11,244 bases of DNA from Amoeboradix gromovi X-113 (GCA_018985225.1 JADGIF010000309.1:1-11244); one strand, 5' to 3'. Positions 1 through 7,241 are shown, counted from the stretch's first letter. Program-made: numbers and translations. The notes: generated by a model not told the origin, from the letters alone.

Positions 1-1752
1 AAAGGCATCGAAGTGGACCATGCAAAGGTGAGTGCAATCAAAGATATGAGAGCGCCTACTACTGTCAGGGGTGTGAGACGCTTCCTCGGCATGGCATCTT
101 ACTATCGCAACTTTGTGCACAAGTTTGCATATACTGCTAACCCGCTGACAAAGCTAATCTCAAAGAATGTGAGATTCCAGTGGTCAGACGAGTGCCAAGA
201 GGCATTTGACGAGCTCAAAGAGTCGCTGTGCAAGGCACCGGTGCTGAAGCATCCAGACTACACAGAGCCATTTGCAATATTTACCGATGCCAGCAACTAC
301 GGTGTTGGGGCTGTGCTTACCCAAGGCGGACAGCCAGTTTGGTTCTCGTCAAGAACACTTACTGCCGCAGAGGTCAAGTATGACACTAGCGAGAAGGAGT
401 GTATAGCTGTTATGTATGGTCTTGACAAGTTCAAACCGTATTTCTATGGGGGTCCAGTAACTGTATTCACAGACCACGGTAACCTGCGCTGGCTCATGGA
501 ACACGAGCAGAAGGGTCGTTTAGCCAGGTGGCAACTGTTTTTACAGCAGTTCGACTTTCAGGTATCGTATGTCAAAGGTATGAACAACCCGGTAGCTGAT
601 TGTCTCAGCAGGGATCTACCTATTGACGAGAAGCAAGTGATGACAGTTGGAGCTGTGAACATTGCTAGTACTGCAGATGCTACTAGTGCTAAAGGATCAG
701 ACAATAGTGCAGACGACAAGAATGTCAGAAAGACAAAAGTCGAAGTCGTCATAAGAAGACCACTGGTCTTTGACAACATAGACTGGGTCAAGCATCAAGG
801 CAAAGATCCGTATGTAAGTCACATCATGCAAGATGTCAAGGAGCCATTTGCTGTGAAGGATGGGCTGCTGCATAGATTGGGACAGGACAAAGACCGAGCA
901 AAGCTTGTCGTGCCTAGTCATCTGATACAGATCGTGATTAAGAAAGCACACGACAGTGAGCTGGCTGCTCATGGCGGTGTCAAGAAGACATGCTACAATC
1001 TGCGAAGCTACTGGTTCCCGTCGTTCAGGAAGACAGTTGAGCAGCATTGTAAAGAGTGCATGGTTTGCATTAGCGCCAAGGGATTTGGCAAGAGACACAA
1101 CGAGCTGTCTACAAGAGAGCCCCTAGACATACTAGAACGGGTGTATATAGATGTGGTGGGACCACTTCCAAACGATACGAGCACTTATGGTAGTGACGCC
1201 AGATACATCCTGACAATGATGGATGACGGCAGTCGGTTTCTCAAAGTCGCATCAATGCGAGGCTGCAAGCGTAGCAATATTATAAAAGAGTTCAAAGAGC
1301 ACTGGATCGGTGTCTTTGGGATACCTCGAGTAGTCGTGACTGATAACAATCAGCAGTTCAAAGGTGAGTTCTCGACTATGTGTGAGGATATGGGCGTGTT
1401 ACAGGAGTACACGGCACCATACTCACCGGAGATAAATGCTGTAGAGCGAGTGCATGGGACACTTATGAACAAGCTCAGAGCATTGCGGTACTCTCTGAAC
1501 AAGCCGTGGACAGAGTGTCTGCCGATAGCGTGTCTATCGTACAACCTCTGCGAGCACAGCATGACAGGGTACGCTCCCTACACCTTGCTGTTTGCCGAAG
1601 ACGTTGATTTCCTCAAGAACACAAAGCTCGATATAGACGAGATCTCGAAGATACGAGATATTGCGAGGACGCAGGCCTTTATGCAAAGTAAGAGGAGAAT
1701 CGAGGACATCAACAAAGGCCAGAACATGCCAAGATGTGACCATTGGCGATAA
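1..1752 (+). CDS. pol: Gypsy Pol polyprotein, 5'-partial: RT C-terminus/connection, RNase H, integrase
   Basis: Frame open from base 1 (KGIEVDHAKV). RT end VRRFLGMASYYRNFV; RNase H FTDASNYGVGAVL, EKECIAV, TDH, NPVADCLSR; integrase HHCC (AHDSELAAHGG...CMVC) and DDE (YIDVVGP, VVTDN, AVERVH). Confidence 0.95.
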   Translation, partial: KGIEVDHAKVSAIKDMRAPTTVRGVRRFLGMASYYRNFVHKFAYTANPLTKLISKNVRFQWSDECQEAFDELKESLCKAPVLKHPDYTEPFAIFTDASNYGVGAVLTQGGQPVWFSSRTLTAAEVKYDTSEKECIAVMYGLDKFKPYFYGGPVTVFTDHGNLRWLMEHEQKGRLARWQLFLQQFDFQVSYVKGMNNPVADCLSRDLPIDEKQVMTVGAVNIASTADATSAKGSDNSADDKNVRKTKVEVVIRRPLVFDNIDWVKHQGKDPYVSHIMQDVKEPFAVKDGLLHRLGQDKDRAKLVVPSHLIQIVIKKAHDSELAAHGGVKKTCYNLRSYWFPSFRKTVEQHCKECMVCISAKGFGKRHNELSTREPLDILERVYIDVVGPLPNDTSTYGSDARYILTMMDDGSRFLKVASMRGCKRSNIIKEFKEHWIGVFGIPRVVVTDNNQQFKGEFSTMCEDMGVLQEYTAPYSPEINAVERVHGTLMNKLRALRYSLNKPWTECLPIACLSYNLCEHSMTGYAPYTLLFAEDVDFLKNTKLDIDEISKIRDIARTQAFMQSKRRIEDINKGQNMPRCDHWR

Positions 1753-1924
1753 GGTGCTAGTCAGGGCAATAGACCCGACTAAGCTGGAGAACAGAGTTCT
1801 GGAAAACACATTCACTGTAAAGGCTCAAGAAGCCGGTAACGTATTTACAATACAGGCCGAAAATGGCCAAGTCTTTAGAAGATCCAGAAAGGATCTCTAC
1901 AAGTTAAGCATAACTAAAAGGTAG
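1721..1924 (+). pseudogene. Out-of-frame integrase C-terminal (SH3-like/GPY-F region) continuation of pol
   Basis: The +1 frame reads TCQDVTIGDKVLVR...KLENR..NTFTV, matching the gypsy 'vGD.Vlv...KL..r' tail. Removing one C at 1719-1720 joins it to pol as INKGRTCQDVTIGDKVLV. Confidence 0.8.
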
Positions 1925-1939
1925 GGAAATTTGATTTAG

Positions 1940-2090
1940 AAAAACAATTCAAAAACTCATAAAAATAAAGCTCATAAAAAATAAAAAAAATCAAAAACAT
2001 TTCTAAGAAAAAATAAATAAAAATTCCAGAAAAGTTTAAAAAATGAAAAAAAATATTTTTAAGATAAAAATCAAAATAATAAGTTTTATT
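1940..2090 (+). repeat. A-rich low-complexity 3' UTR of the retrotransposon
   Basis: Long A runs; CTCATAAAAA at 1956 and 1971. Confidence 0.75.
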
Positions 2091-2150
2091 TTACTATCAA
2101 GCGATAGTTGTGCAAAATTGTCTGGTACCTTCTCGTGCAACTATGCACCT

Positions 2151-2163
2151 AAAGTAAGGAGGG
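2151..2163 (+). other. Polypurine tract (plus-strand primer)
   Basis: AAAGTAAGGAGGG directly abutting TGTTATG. Confidence 0.85.
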
Positions 2164-2421
2164 TGTTATGAACTCAAGGTTGCTGAATATCTGTCCGATG
2201 AGGGAACTGTTGAGACCCTGTCAGGTCACAGGATTACACAGTCCCCTGCTAATATAGTTGTGGACCTGGAGTTCAATCAGATAAATACCTCATAGGCCAC
2301 AGGAGACCTAGGAGACGGATAAGATGCGATCACTGGTAAGCACCGTCATCGTGGAAAACTATAAATAGGAACAATTTCTTTAGTAAATATATAAAAACTT
2401 ATGACTTCCAACTCTACTTCA
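2164..2421 (+). repeat. 3' LTR (~258 bp)
   Basis: Starts TGTTA right after the PPT; TATAAATA at 2360-2367; AGTAAA at 2382-2387; last plausible CA end (CTACTTCA) at 2421. The right boundary is inferred because the 5' LTR is not in the window. Confidence 0.75.
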
Positions 2422-2428
2422 CCTCGAG

Positions 2429-3133
2429 TTAGCGAAATAGCAATAGATCCGAGTGAGGATCCGAACAAGCAGCAAGTATGCTAAATATTTTGGAGTAGAC
2501 TGGTTTAAAATCATTATAATTGACCAAGAATGAGTCAACTTGTTCAATAGTAGATGCTTTAATAGATTGCACACAATAACTTTCACCAAATTCATCGTAA
2601 ATTTGATCGAGATCAACATGTACGCCTCCAATTTCCAATTTTTTTCTTATTACTACCATTGGATATAATTTATAAGCATCTAAATCAGTTGACTTTAGTA
2701 GTTGGATGACATTTTGAGGAATGTCGATATGTTGTTTAATTGCTTTGTAAGACAAAATATTGTCATCATTACTGCACTTCTTTAACACAAGATAAGCATC
2801 GCTTTCCTTAGCTTTTGTTTCAACTACAACTTTAAGAAAATAGTCTCTTCTCATAAGGTCATTATTTTGCGTATCAACATACCATTCTAAAAATTCTTCT
2901 GTTGCAAGATTATCTGAATCGCTCAATAGCTTAGTGCTGAATACATGTTTTGCATAGACTTGCGCGTATATTGGAGACTTAGCAACCGAGTCCATTTCTA
3001 AACTTTCTTTTAATTTTTTAAACAACTCTTCAAATATTTTGACTTTGAAGCAACCAGCAGTATAGCATTCAAGTTGGCTAGCTGGTATTGTAGTCCAAGC
3101 TAATGACTCTGATAAAAGAGTTGATACTGACAT
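2429..3133 (-). CDS. CYTH/triphosphate-tunnel (thiamine triphosphatase-like) protein, catalytically degenerate
   Basis: First ATG at 3133 (the track start is TTG). FLEWYVDTQNNDLMRRDYFLK resembles the THTPA F..Y.DT....LM..D..LR motif; LVLK, SYKAI, IRKK and VHVDLDQ..FG..YCV follow in CYTH order. Confidence 0.7.
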   Translation of the reverse strand: MSVSTLLSESLAWTTIPASQLECYTAGCFKVKIFEELFKKLKESLEMDSVAKSPIYAQVYAKHVFSTKLLSDSDNLATEEFLEWYVDTQNNDLMRRDYFLKVVVETKAKESDAYLVLKKCSNDDNILSYKAIKQHIDIPQNVIQLLKSTDLDAYKLYPMVVIRKKLEIGGVHVDLDQIYDEFGESYCVQSIKASTIEQVDSFLVNYNDFKPVYSKIFSILAACSDPHSDLLLFR

Positions 3134-3181
3134 ATTACAAGGAGTAAACAAAATTTTTTTAACTAAAATTACATAAGCTTG

Positions 3182-3213
3182 ATTGGTTTAATTTAAATAA
3201 CTCTTTTGATTGG
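3182..3213 (-). promoter_or_regulatory. Two CCAAT boxes upstream of the CYTH-like gene
   Basis: ATTGG at 3182-3186 and 3209-3213 (CCAAT on minus), ~50-80 bp before the ATG. Confidence 0.4.
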
Positions 3214-3534
3214 CTGAAATAAAATCATCAAAATTTAAAAGCATTCATGTGAAAATGCTTTTAGTTTCTAATTGCAACTAATCTAAAACCCAAAAATTCT
3301 GATTAACGTACTTTTGTAAGATTGAGTCTCATTTCTATTAAAGATTTGGCCGTTACCTGTAACTGTGATGAGAGTGCAGTTGATCATATTCTAAATTGAT
3401 TGTACAATAGAGACAGATTACCTGCAGTTGCATTTAATAAACTACTATATTTAAATATTCATAATAGAACGTATTCCCCACTTAGAGCGAAATGTTTCTT
3501 TTTAAATGACACTTAAAATGAAAAGAAAATGTAT

Positions 3535-4630
3535 TTATTCTGGATACTCTGAATGAAATTCTCTTGGGACGTATCGTTTAGCTTTAATCAAGTCCGTTTT
3601 CTTTCTAGCTGTCAAAGTAGGTGTTTCAAAGACTTCAGGTGTAAATTGGAAGAAATCAGACTCTGGTGTATTCAAGTCCAAGTCGTGTTTGTTCAAATCA
3701 ACAGTAATCGTTTCAGCGTCTGATACCAACTTTTTCAGTATAACTTGTCCCGGTAGATTTTTTTTGAACTCAAAGGACTGATATCCTCGAATTCCAGGAA
3801 TATCGTCAAAGTAGTAATTTAATTTAGAACGATAGTCTTTAAAGCGCCTACCTGGACACACTTTGCATTCGTTGCCACTGGCACTTGTTTCAATCAATGC
3901 TTTGACTTGTTCGACTGTGAATATGTCTTTTAAGGCATATTTCTTCTTAATATGACCAAATCCGGTATCTGGACTAAATTTTGTATGCCCTTTGATCATA
4001 AATCGCATTTCGATCGTATCGCATTTACCAGTCAAACATAACCATGCCAATAACTTCATCATGGTGTTGTTTTTATTCTGTCCAACACAATTATCTGCAA
4101 ACAAAACTAGATGGCGTCTTTGATCAGATGGTAATAGGAAAATATAATCAATTAAGAGACTTACAACATTATCACCACCTTTCTTACCATGATCTTCTCT
4201 GTAAATATAATTCAACTGTTTCTTCTTTGTTTCATTGTAAATACCAAAAAGGTAAATATTCAAAAGAGACAAGAAATACAGTTCTGATGGTTGGTCTTGG
4301 AACTGTGGTAATACCAAGTTTTGACTATAATCAAACGAAACACAAGTTACGTTTGCCAAGTGTTTACAGCGATTGTAGTCAAGTCTTGCTACTTTGGCTT
4401 GATTTAGATGTTCTTGAAAGTCCCTTGTCAAAGCAATCAAAACTATTTCAGACTCCGTATACTTCATGTCGTTCTTGAAAGTGGTGCATGTATCACATAT
4501 CTGATCTAGGAGACCGTATATGAATTGTTTCACAGTCATGAAATAAACGCCGAAAGGTCTCAAATTTAATCTGACTGGAGTTTTCTGAGTTCCAGTATAG
4601 TTCATGCAAGCGAGAAATGCTCAAATGGAG
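3535..4630 (-). pseudogene. Sola-type (Sola1-like) DDD transposase, 5'-truncated and frameshifted
   Basis: Motifs SFDYSQNLVLP, FADNCVGQNKN, GHTKFSPDTGFG and CDTC...H. The upstream piece LSISRLHELY...FETFRRLF...IRSPRSD is in another frame and joins CDTC via an apparent 2-bp deletion near 4498. Confidence 0.85.
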
Positions 4631-4990
4631 CGTTCTTGTAGACAATCGACTAAAAACGAAATGAGATATAAAGAACAATTCGTTTTTTTCAAGGGAGCAT
4701 TTTCTGAAGACGCTAGATACTATAACAAGTTTCTAAGACATAGAACACCTATTGTAGATTGGTGTAATGTCAGGAATATAAAGCCAAAAGCGTTTTGCGC
4801 TATAGCCGTATCAATCTTAGAATATTTTGATGATCATGGTATACAATCAGCGACTTTTGCTAGGAAGGGACAAGAAGAGAAGAGTGTATTGTTTGAAGAA
4901 ATTGCAAGAAACGGTGGATGGGAAGCGCTATTGGTGCAAGATGTGTACAACCAAATTCACGATACTAATGGGTCGCAAATTTTTAATTAA
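4604..4990 (+). CDS. Hypothetical protein or 3' gene fragment
   Basis: 128-codon ORF with protein-like composition and an AT-rich 3' flank; its start overlaps the transposase remnant, so it is probably 5'-truncated. Confidence 0.4.
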   Translation: MQARNAQMERSCRQSTKNEMRYKEQFVFFKGAFSEDARYYNKFLRHRTPIVDWCNVRNIKPKAFCAIAVSILEYFDDHGIQSATFARKGQEEKSVLFEEIARNGGWEALLVQDVYNQIHDTNGSQIFN

Positions 4991-5018
4991 ATAAATAAAT
5001 CTTTGAATTTTATTTTTT

Positions 5019-5081
5019 CTAGTCTCGATATAACAGAGCAATATAGGTGAAACCAATCCTAGTCTCGTTTTCATAGAGTAA
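5019..5081 (-). repeat. Repeat module A: two 23-bp units (40-bp period) around a 17-bp CCAAT-containing core; inverted relative to module B
   Basis: Minus strand: TTACTCTATGAAAACGAGACTAG-GATTGGTTTCACCTATA-TTGCTCTGTTATATCGAGACTAG. Confidence 0.85.
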
Positions 5082-5343
5082 CTTTGAAGTTACATTCAAT
5101 AACGCACCATCTTGAGAGTTGTGCTCTGAACAACATCAAACAAGGATCAAAAGATACCCTTCGATTGCCTTTGTTCAAAATCGTCAATTTTGCTTTTTCA
5201 AACTTTTTGAGATAGTCTCGAAATCACAGAGTGCGTCCCATTTCTTTGGTTTGCTTTCTCTTGGCCATGACTTTATTAGGAAAGGTCTCTATTTATGTGC
5301 AAGACAGTTCTTTCTGGATAGTTCTTAAATGAAAACATACCCA

Positions 5344-5394
5344 ATTATGAATCAGTATTATGAATTAGTATCATGAATTAGTATTAAGAATCAG
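5344..5394 (+). repeat. Tandem repeat, ~4 x 13 bp
   Basis: ATTATGAATCAGT / ATTATGAATTAGT / ATCATGAATTAGT / ATTAAGAATCAG. Confidence 0.9.
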
Positions 5395-5552
5395 AGGTTT
5401 ATTTGAAATAAAGATTGGATGAAAAAGTAAGAGATTAGCTGTACAGAATATTTATTTTTGAAATTTCGATACAAAAAGTTATCTATTCTCCTTTCATACT
5501 CGTCAACTCCGCAACTAGCTGAATGTCCACTCGCCTCTTAAATCCATAAAAT

Positions 5553-5620
5553 TTAATAAAGCTGAAATAATGTTCCAAATTGTTACAGAAAGTTAGTCCA
5601 GTTTTTATATTTGATGTCCC
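5553..5620. mobile_element. Orphan right end of the element at 6789-7093
   Basis: 5553-5617 matches 7026-7090 (32-bp identical core CAGAAAGTTAGTCCAGTTTTTATATTTGATGT, ~7 mismatches over 65 bp) and ends GTCCC|AATT. Confidence 0.75.
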
Positions 5621-5720
5621 AATTGGTACTAAAGATTCCTTTAAGTGAAACTTGTTGAAACAACAATCGAGCGTCATAATTGGGTACACCAACTTGCACC
5701 TATGACTACGTGCACCGGAA

Positions 5721-5783
5721 TTACAATGTGAAAGCGCGACTAGGATTGGTTTCACCTGATTTACTCTATGAAAATGAGACCAA
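5721..5783 (+). repeat. Repeat module B, inverted copy of module A
   Basis: TTACAATGTGAAAGCGCGACTAG-GATTGGTTTCACCTGAT-TTACTCTATGAAAATGAGACCAA; 5738-5757 is the exact reverse complement of 5045-5064. Confidence 0.85.
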
Positions 5784-5864
5784 TAAAAATAATGATTTTA
5801 TTTACTTGAAGTTCAAATTGAAACCAAAAATTGAATATCCCGTCTTTTGTGGCTTTAAACTATC

Positions 5865-6362
5865 TTAATAATATTGGCATAGTCTTGACTTTTCGTCATC
5901 AGAAAAGTTGGTGTTAATGCGATTAAATTCACCAAGATTTACACATAATCTATGAAACGAATACCCAATAAAATAATCCAGGTCAATCCAACTCTCGACA
6001 CCATCAGTCGAGAAGACCAATAAACAGCAATAACCACCGATATCAATCAATTGAGACTTTTTATAAAATGGATCATCGAAAAGTCCTTTTCCATTCTTGA
6101 CAGCATGCGTATCCGAAAACATAAGACAATTGTTAAGATTTATTGAAGATTCAAATGGGCCTTCTTTCGTACATAAATTGGAGCCATCGAGATAATAAGA
6201 GTCGACAAATGCTGAAAAATTCGATAATGGGAAGAGCTCTTCCCTGTCTACTTTCTCTTTATTTAGCATCTTGTTGAATAAATACTTTTTTAATCTTTCA
6301 GCGTCACTCTCATATCTTGCAGGTTGAGGACCATATTTGGCATCGTGCGATTCGAACTGCAT
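5865..6362 (-). CDS. Divergent CVNH (cyanovirin-N homology) domain protein, 165 aa
   Basis: First ATG at 6362. NFS....YLDGSNL, SSINLNNCL and SWIDLDYFIG match the two CVN half-repeats (FS....IQGSVL, SSIDLNSVI, INLDDHIA) at the expected ~50-aa spacing. Confidence 0.65.
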   Translation of the reverse strand: MQFESHDAKYGPQPARYESDAERLKKYLFNKMLNKEKVDREELFPLSNFSAFVDSYYLDGSNLCTKEGPFESSINLNNCLMFSDTHAVKNGKGLFDDPFYKKSQLIDIGGYCCLLVFSTDGVESWIDLDYFIGYSFHRLCVNLGEFNRINTNFSDDEKSRLCQYY

Positions 6363-6380
6363 CTGCGTTTCAACAGAAAA

Positions 6381-6665
6381 ATGAAAGCAAATTATTTTGA
6401 AAACCAATTAATCTGCTTCCATGGCATAAATACAAGAGATATTCACCAGAATAATGAAGATTTCAAGTTTCTAACCAGAAATTGTGATAATGAAGTTCAT
6501 AATCATGTTCTTCACTGGGCGCAAGATATTATTGGAAGAAAAGATAATATAGTCAAGGATCTTATTGAAGAATCCGATGGTTTATCTCACAAAAAAATAG
6601 CTGAATATTCTTTTGATATCTTAGCTTATCATTCCAGAAGGGATGCAGTAATTAAACGAAATTGA
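6381..6665 (+). CDS. Hypothetical protein, probably a gene remnant
   Basis: 94-codon ORF from ATG 6381; protein-like sequence continues in a shifted frame (KLIAMTEKLSELVLFVAF) toward the MITE. Confidence 0.3.
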   Translation: MKANYFENQLICFHGINTRDIHQNNEDFKFLTRNCDNEVHNHVLHWAQDIIGRKDNIVKDLIEESDGLSHKKIAEYSFDILAYHSRRDAVIKRN

Positions 6666-6788
6666 TTGCAATGACCGAAAAACTGTCTGAACTTGTGCTC
6701 TTCGTGGCATTTAAGCAAGAAAGCAATTTGAACTGAACAATTGCCAGCCTCCAAAATACGATGCATGGGGTTTCAGTTTGGGGAAATT

Positions 6789-7093
6789 GGGACACCAAAT
6801 ATAAAAACTAGACCAAGTCATTTTTAAAGGAGGTGCACCATAAGGAGGAAATACTACCATTAATAAAAGTCCTTTTTCTTCATTAATGTCATTACTCTCT
6901 CTGAAATGTAACGAGATGACCCACTATCTCTTTCAAATATATGAGGTCTTTGAGTGTCTTAGCAAAAGGTGCATTATCTTAGACGATGCTCTTTATCTGT
7001 TCCTTTTAGTTTAATTTACTATCGGTTAATACACTTGAAATAATGATTCAAACTGTTTCAGAAAGTTAGTCCAGTTTTTATATTTGATGTAGC
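6789..7093. mobile_element. Non-autonomous TIR element (MITE-like, ~305 bp)
   Basis: Left end AATT|GGGACACCAAATATAAAAACTAGACCAA; right end TTAGTCCAGTTTTTATATTTGATGT(AGC) is its imperfect reverse complement with a decayed tip; a second right end lies at 5553-5620. Confidence 0.7.
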
Positions 7094-7241
7094 TTTTGTA
7101 TCATAAACCAAGTGTGCATTCATGTGATTTCGAACAGCAACAAAATAATTAGGCTCTGAAGAGTTTATAGCCATGCCAAAGTTCTAAAAAAGAATTGACT
7201 TGTAGGTTTGGATTCCTCCCAATCCCAATCCAGGTATGTGA

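Larger units (their letters stand above)
1..2421 (+). mobile_element. Ty3/Gypsy LTR retrotransposon, 3' portion (runs off the window start)
   Basis: RT-RNaseH-integrase order typical of Ty3/Gypsy, followed by an A-rich UTR, a purine tract and a TG...CA LTR; more GC-rich than the flanking DNA. Confidence 0.95.
5338..5686. mobile_element. MITE-like element bounded by a 13-bp perfect inverted repeat
   Basis: TACCCAATTATGA (5338-5350) and TCATAATTGGGTA (5674-5686); the outer TA could be a TSD. Confidence 0.5.

Noticed and set aside
558-1815. Minus-strand ORFs 558-791, 697-1098, 1350-1562 and 1534-1815
   Set aside because: Antisense shadows of pol with no motifs
2190-2360. Possible hammerhead ribozyme in the LTR (CCGATGAG, CTGTTGA)
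   Set aside because: No exact CUGANGA core with a properly placed GAAA and stems
4044-4478. 144-aa plus-strand ORF; likewise 2419-2631, 8723-9004 and 10348-10587
   Set aside because: Alternate-frame or antisense overlaps of better-supported CDSs
5019-5783. CRISPR-like repeat-spacer-repeat appearance
   Set aside because: Only two units per module, the 'spacers' are nearly identical, no cas genes, eukaryotic context
5119-5868. Short ORFs 5119-5328, 5483-5755 and 5680-5868
   Set aside because: Non-ATG or repeat-derived starts, overlap with TIR/repeat sequence, no protein motifs
6827-6848. Two AAGGAGG Shine-Dalgarno-like motifs
   Set aside because: No downstream ORF; inside a MITE-like element in eukaryotic DNA
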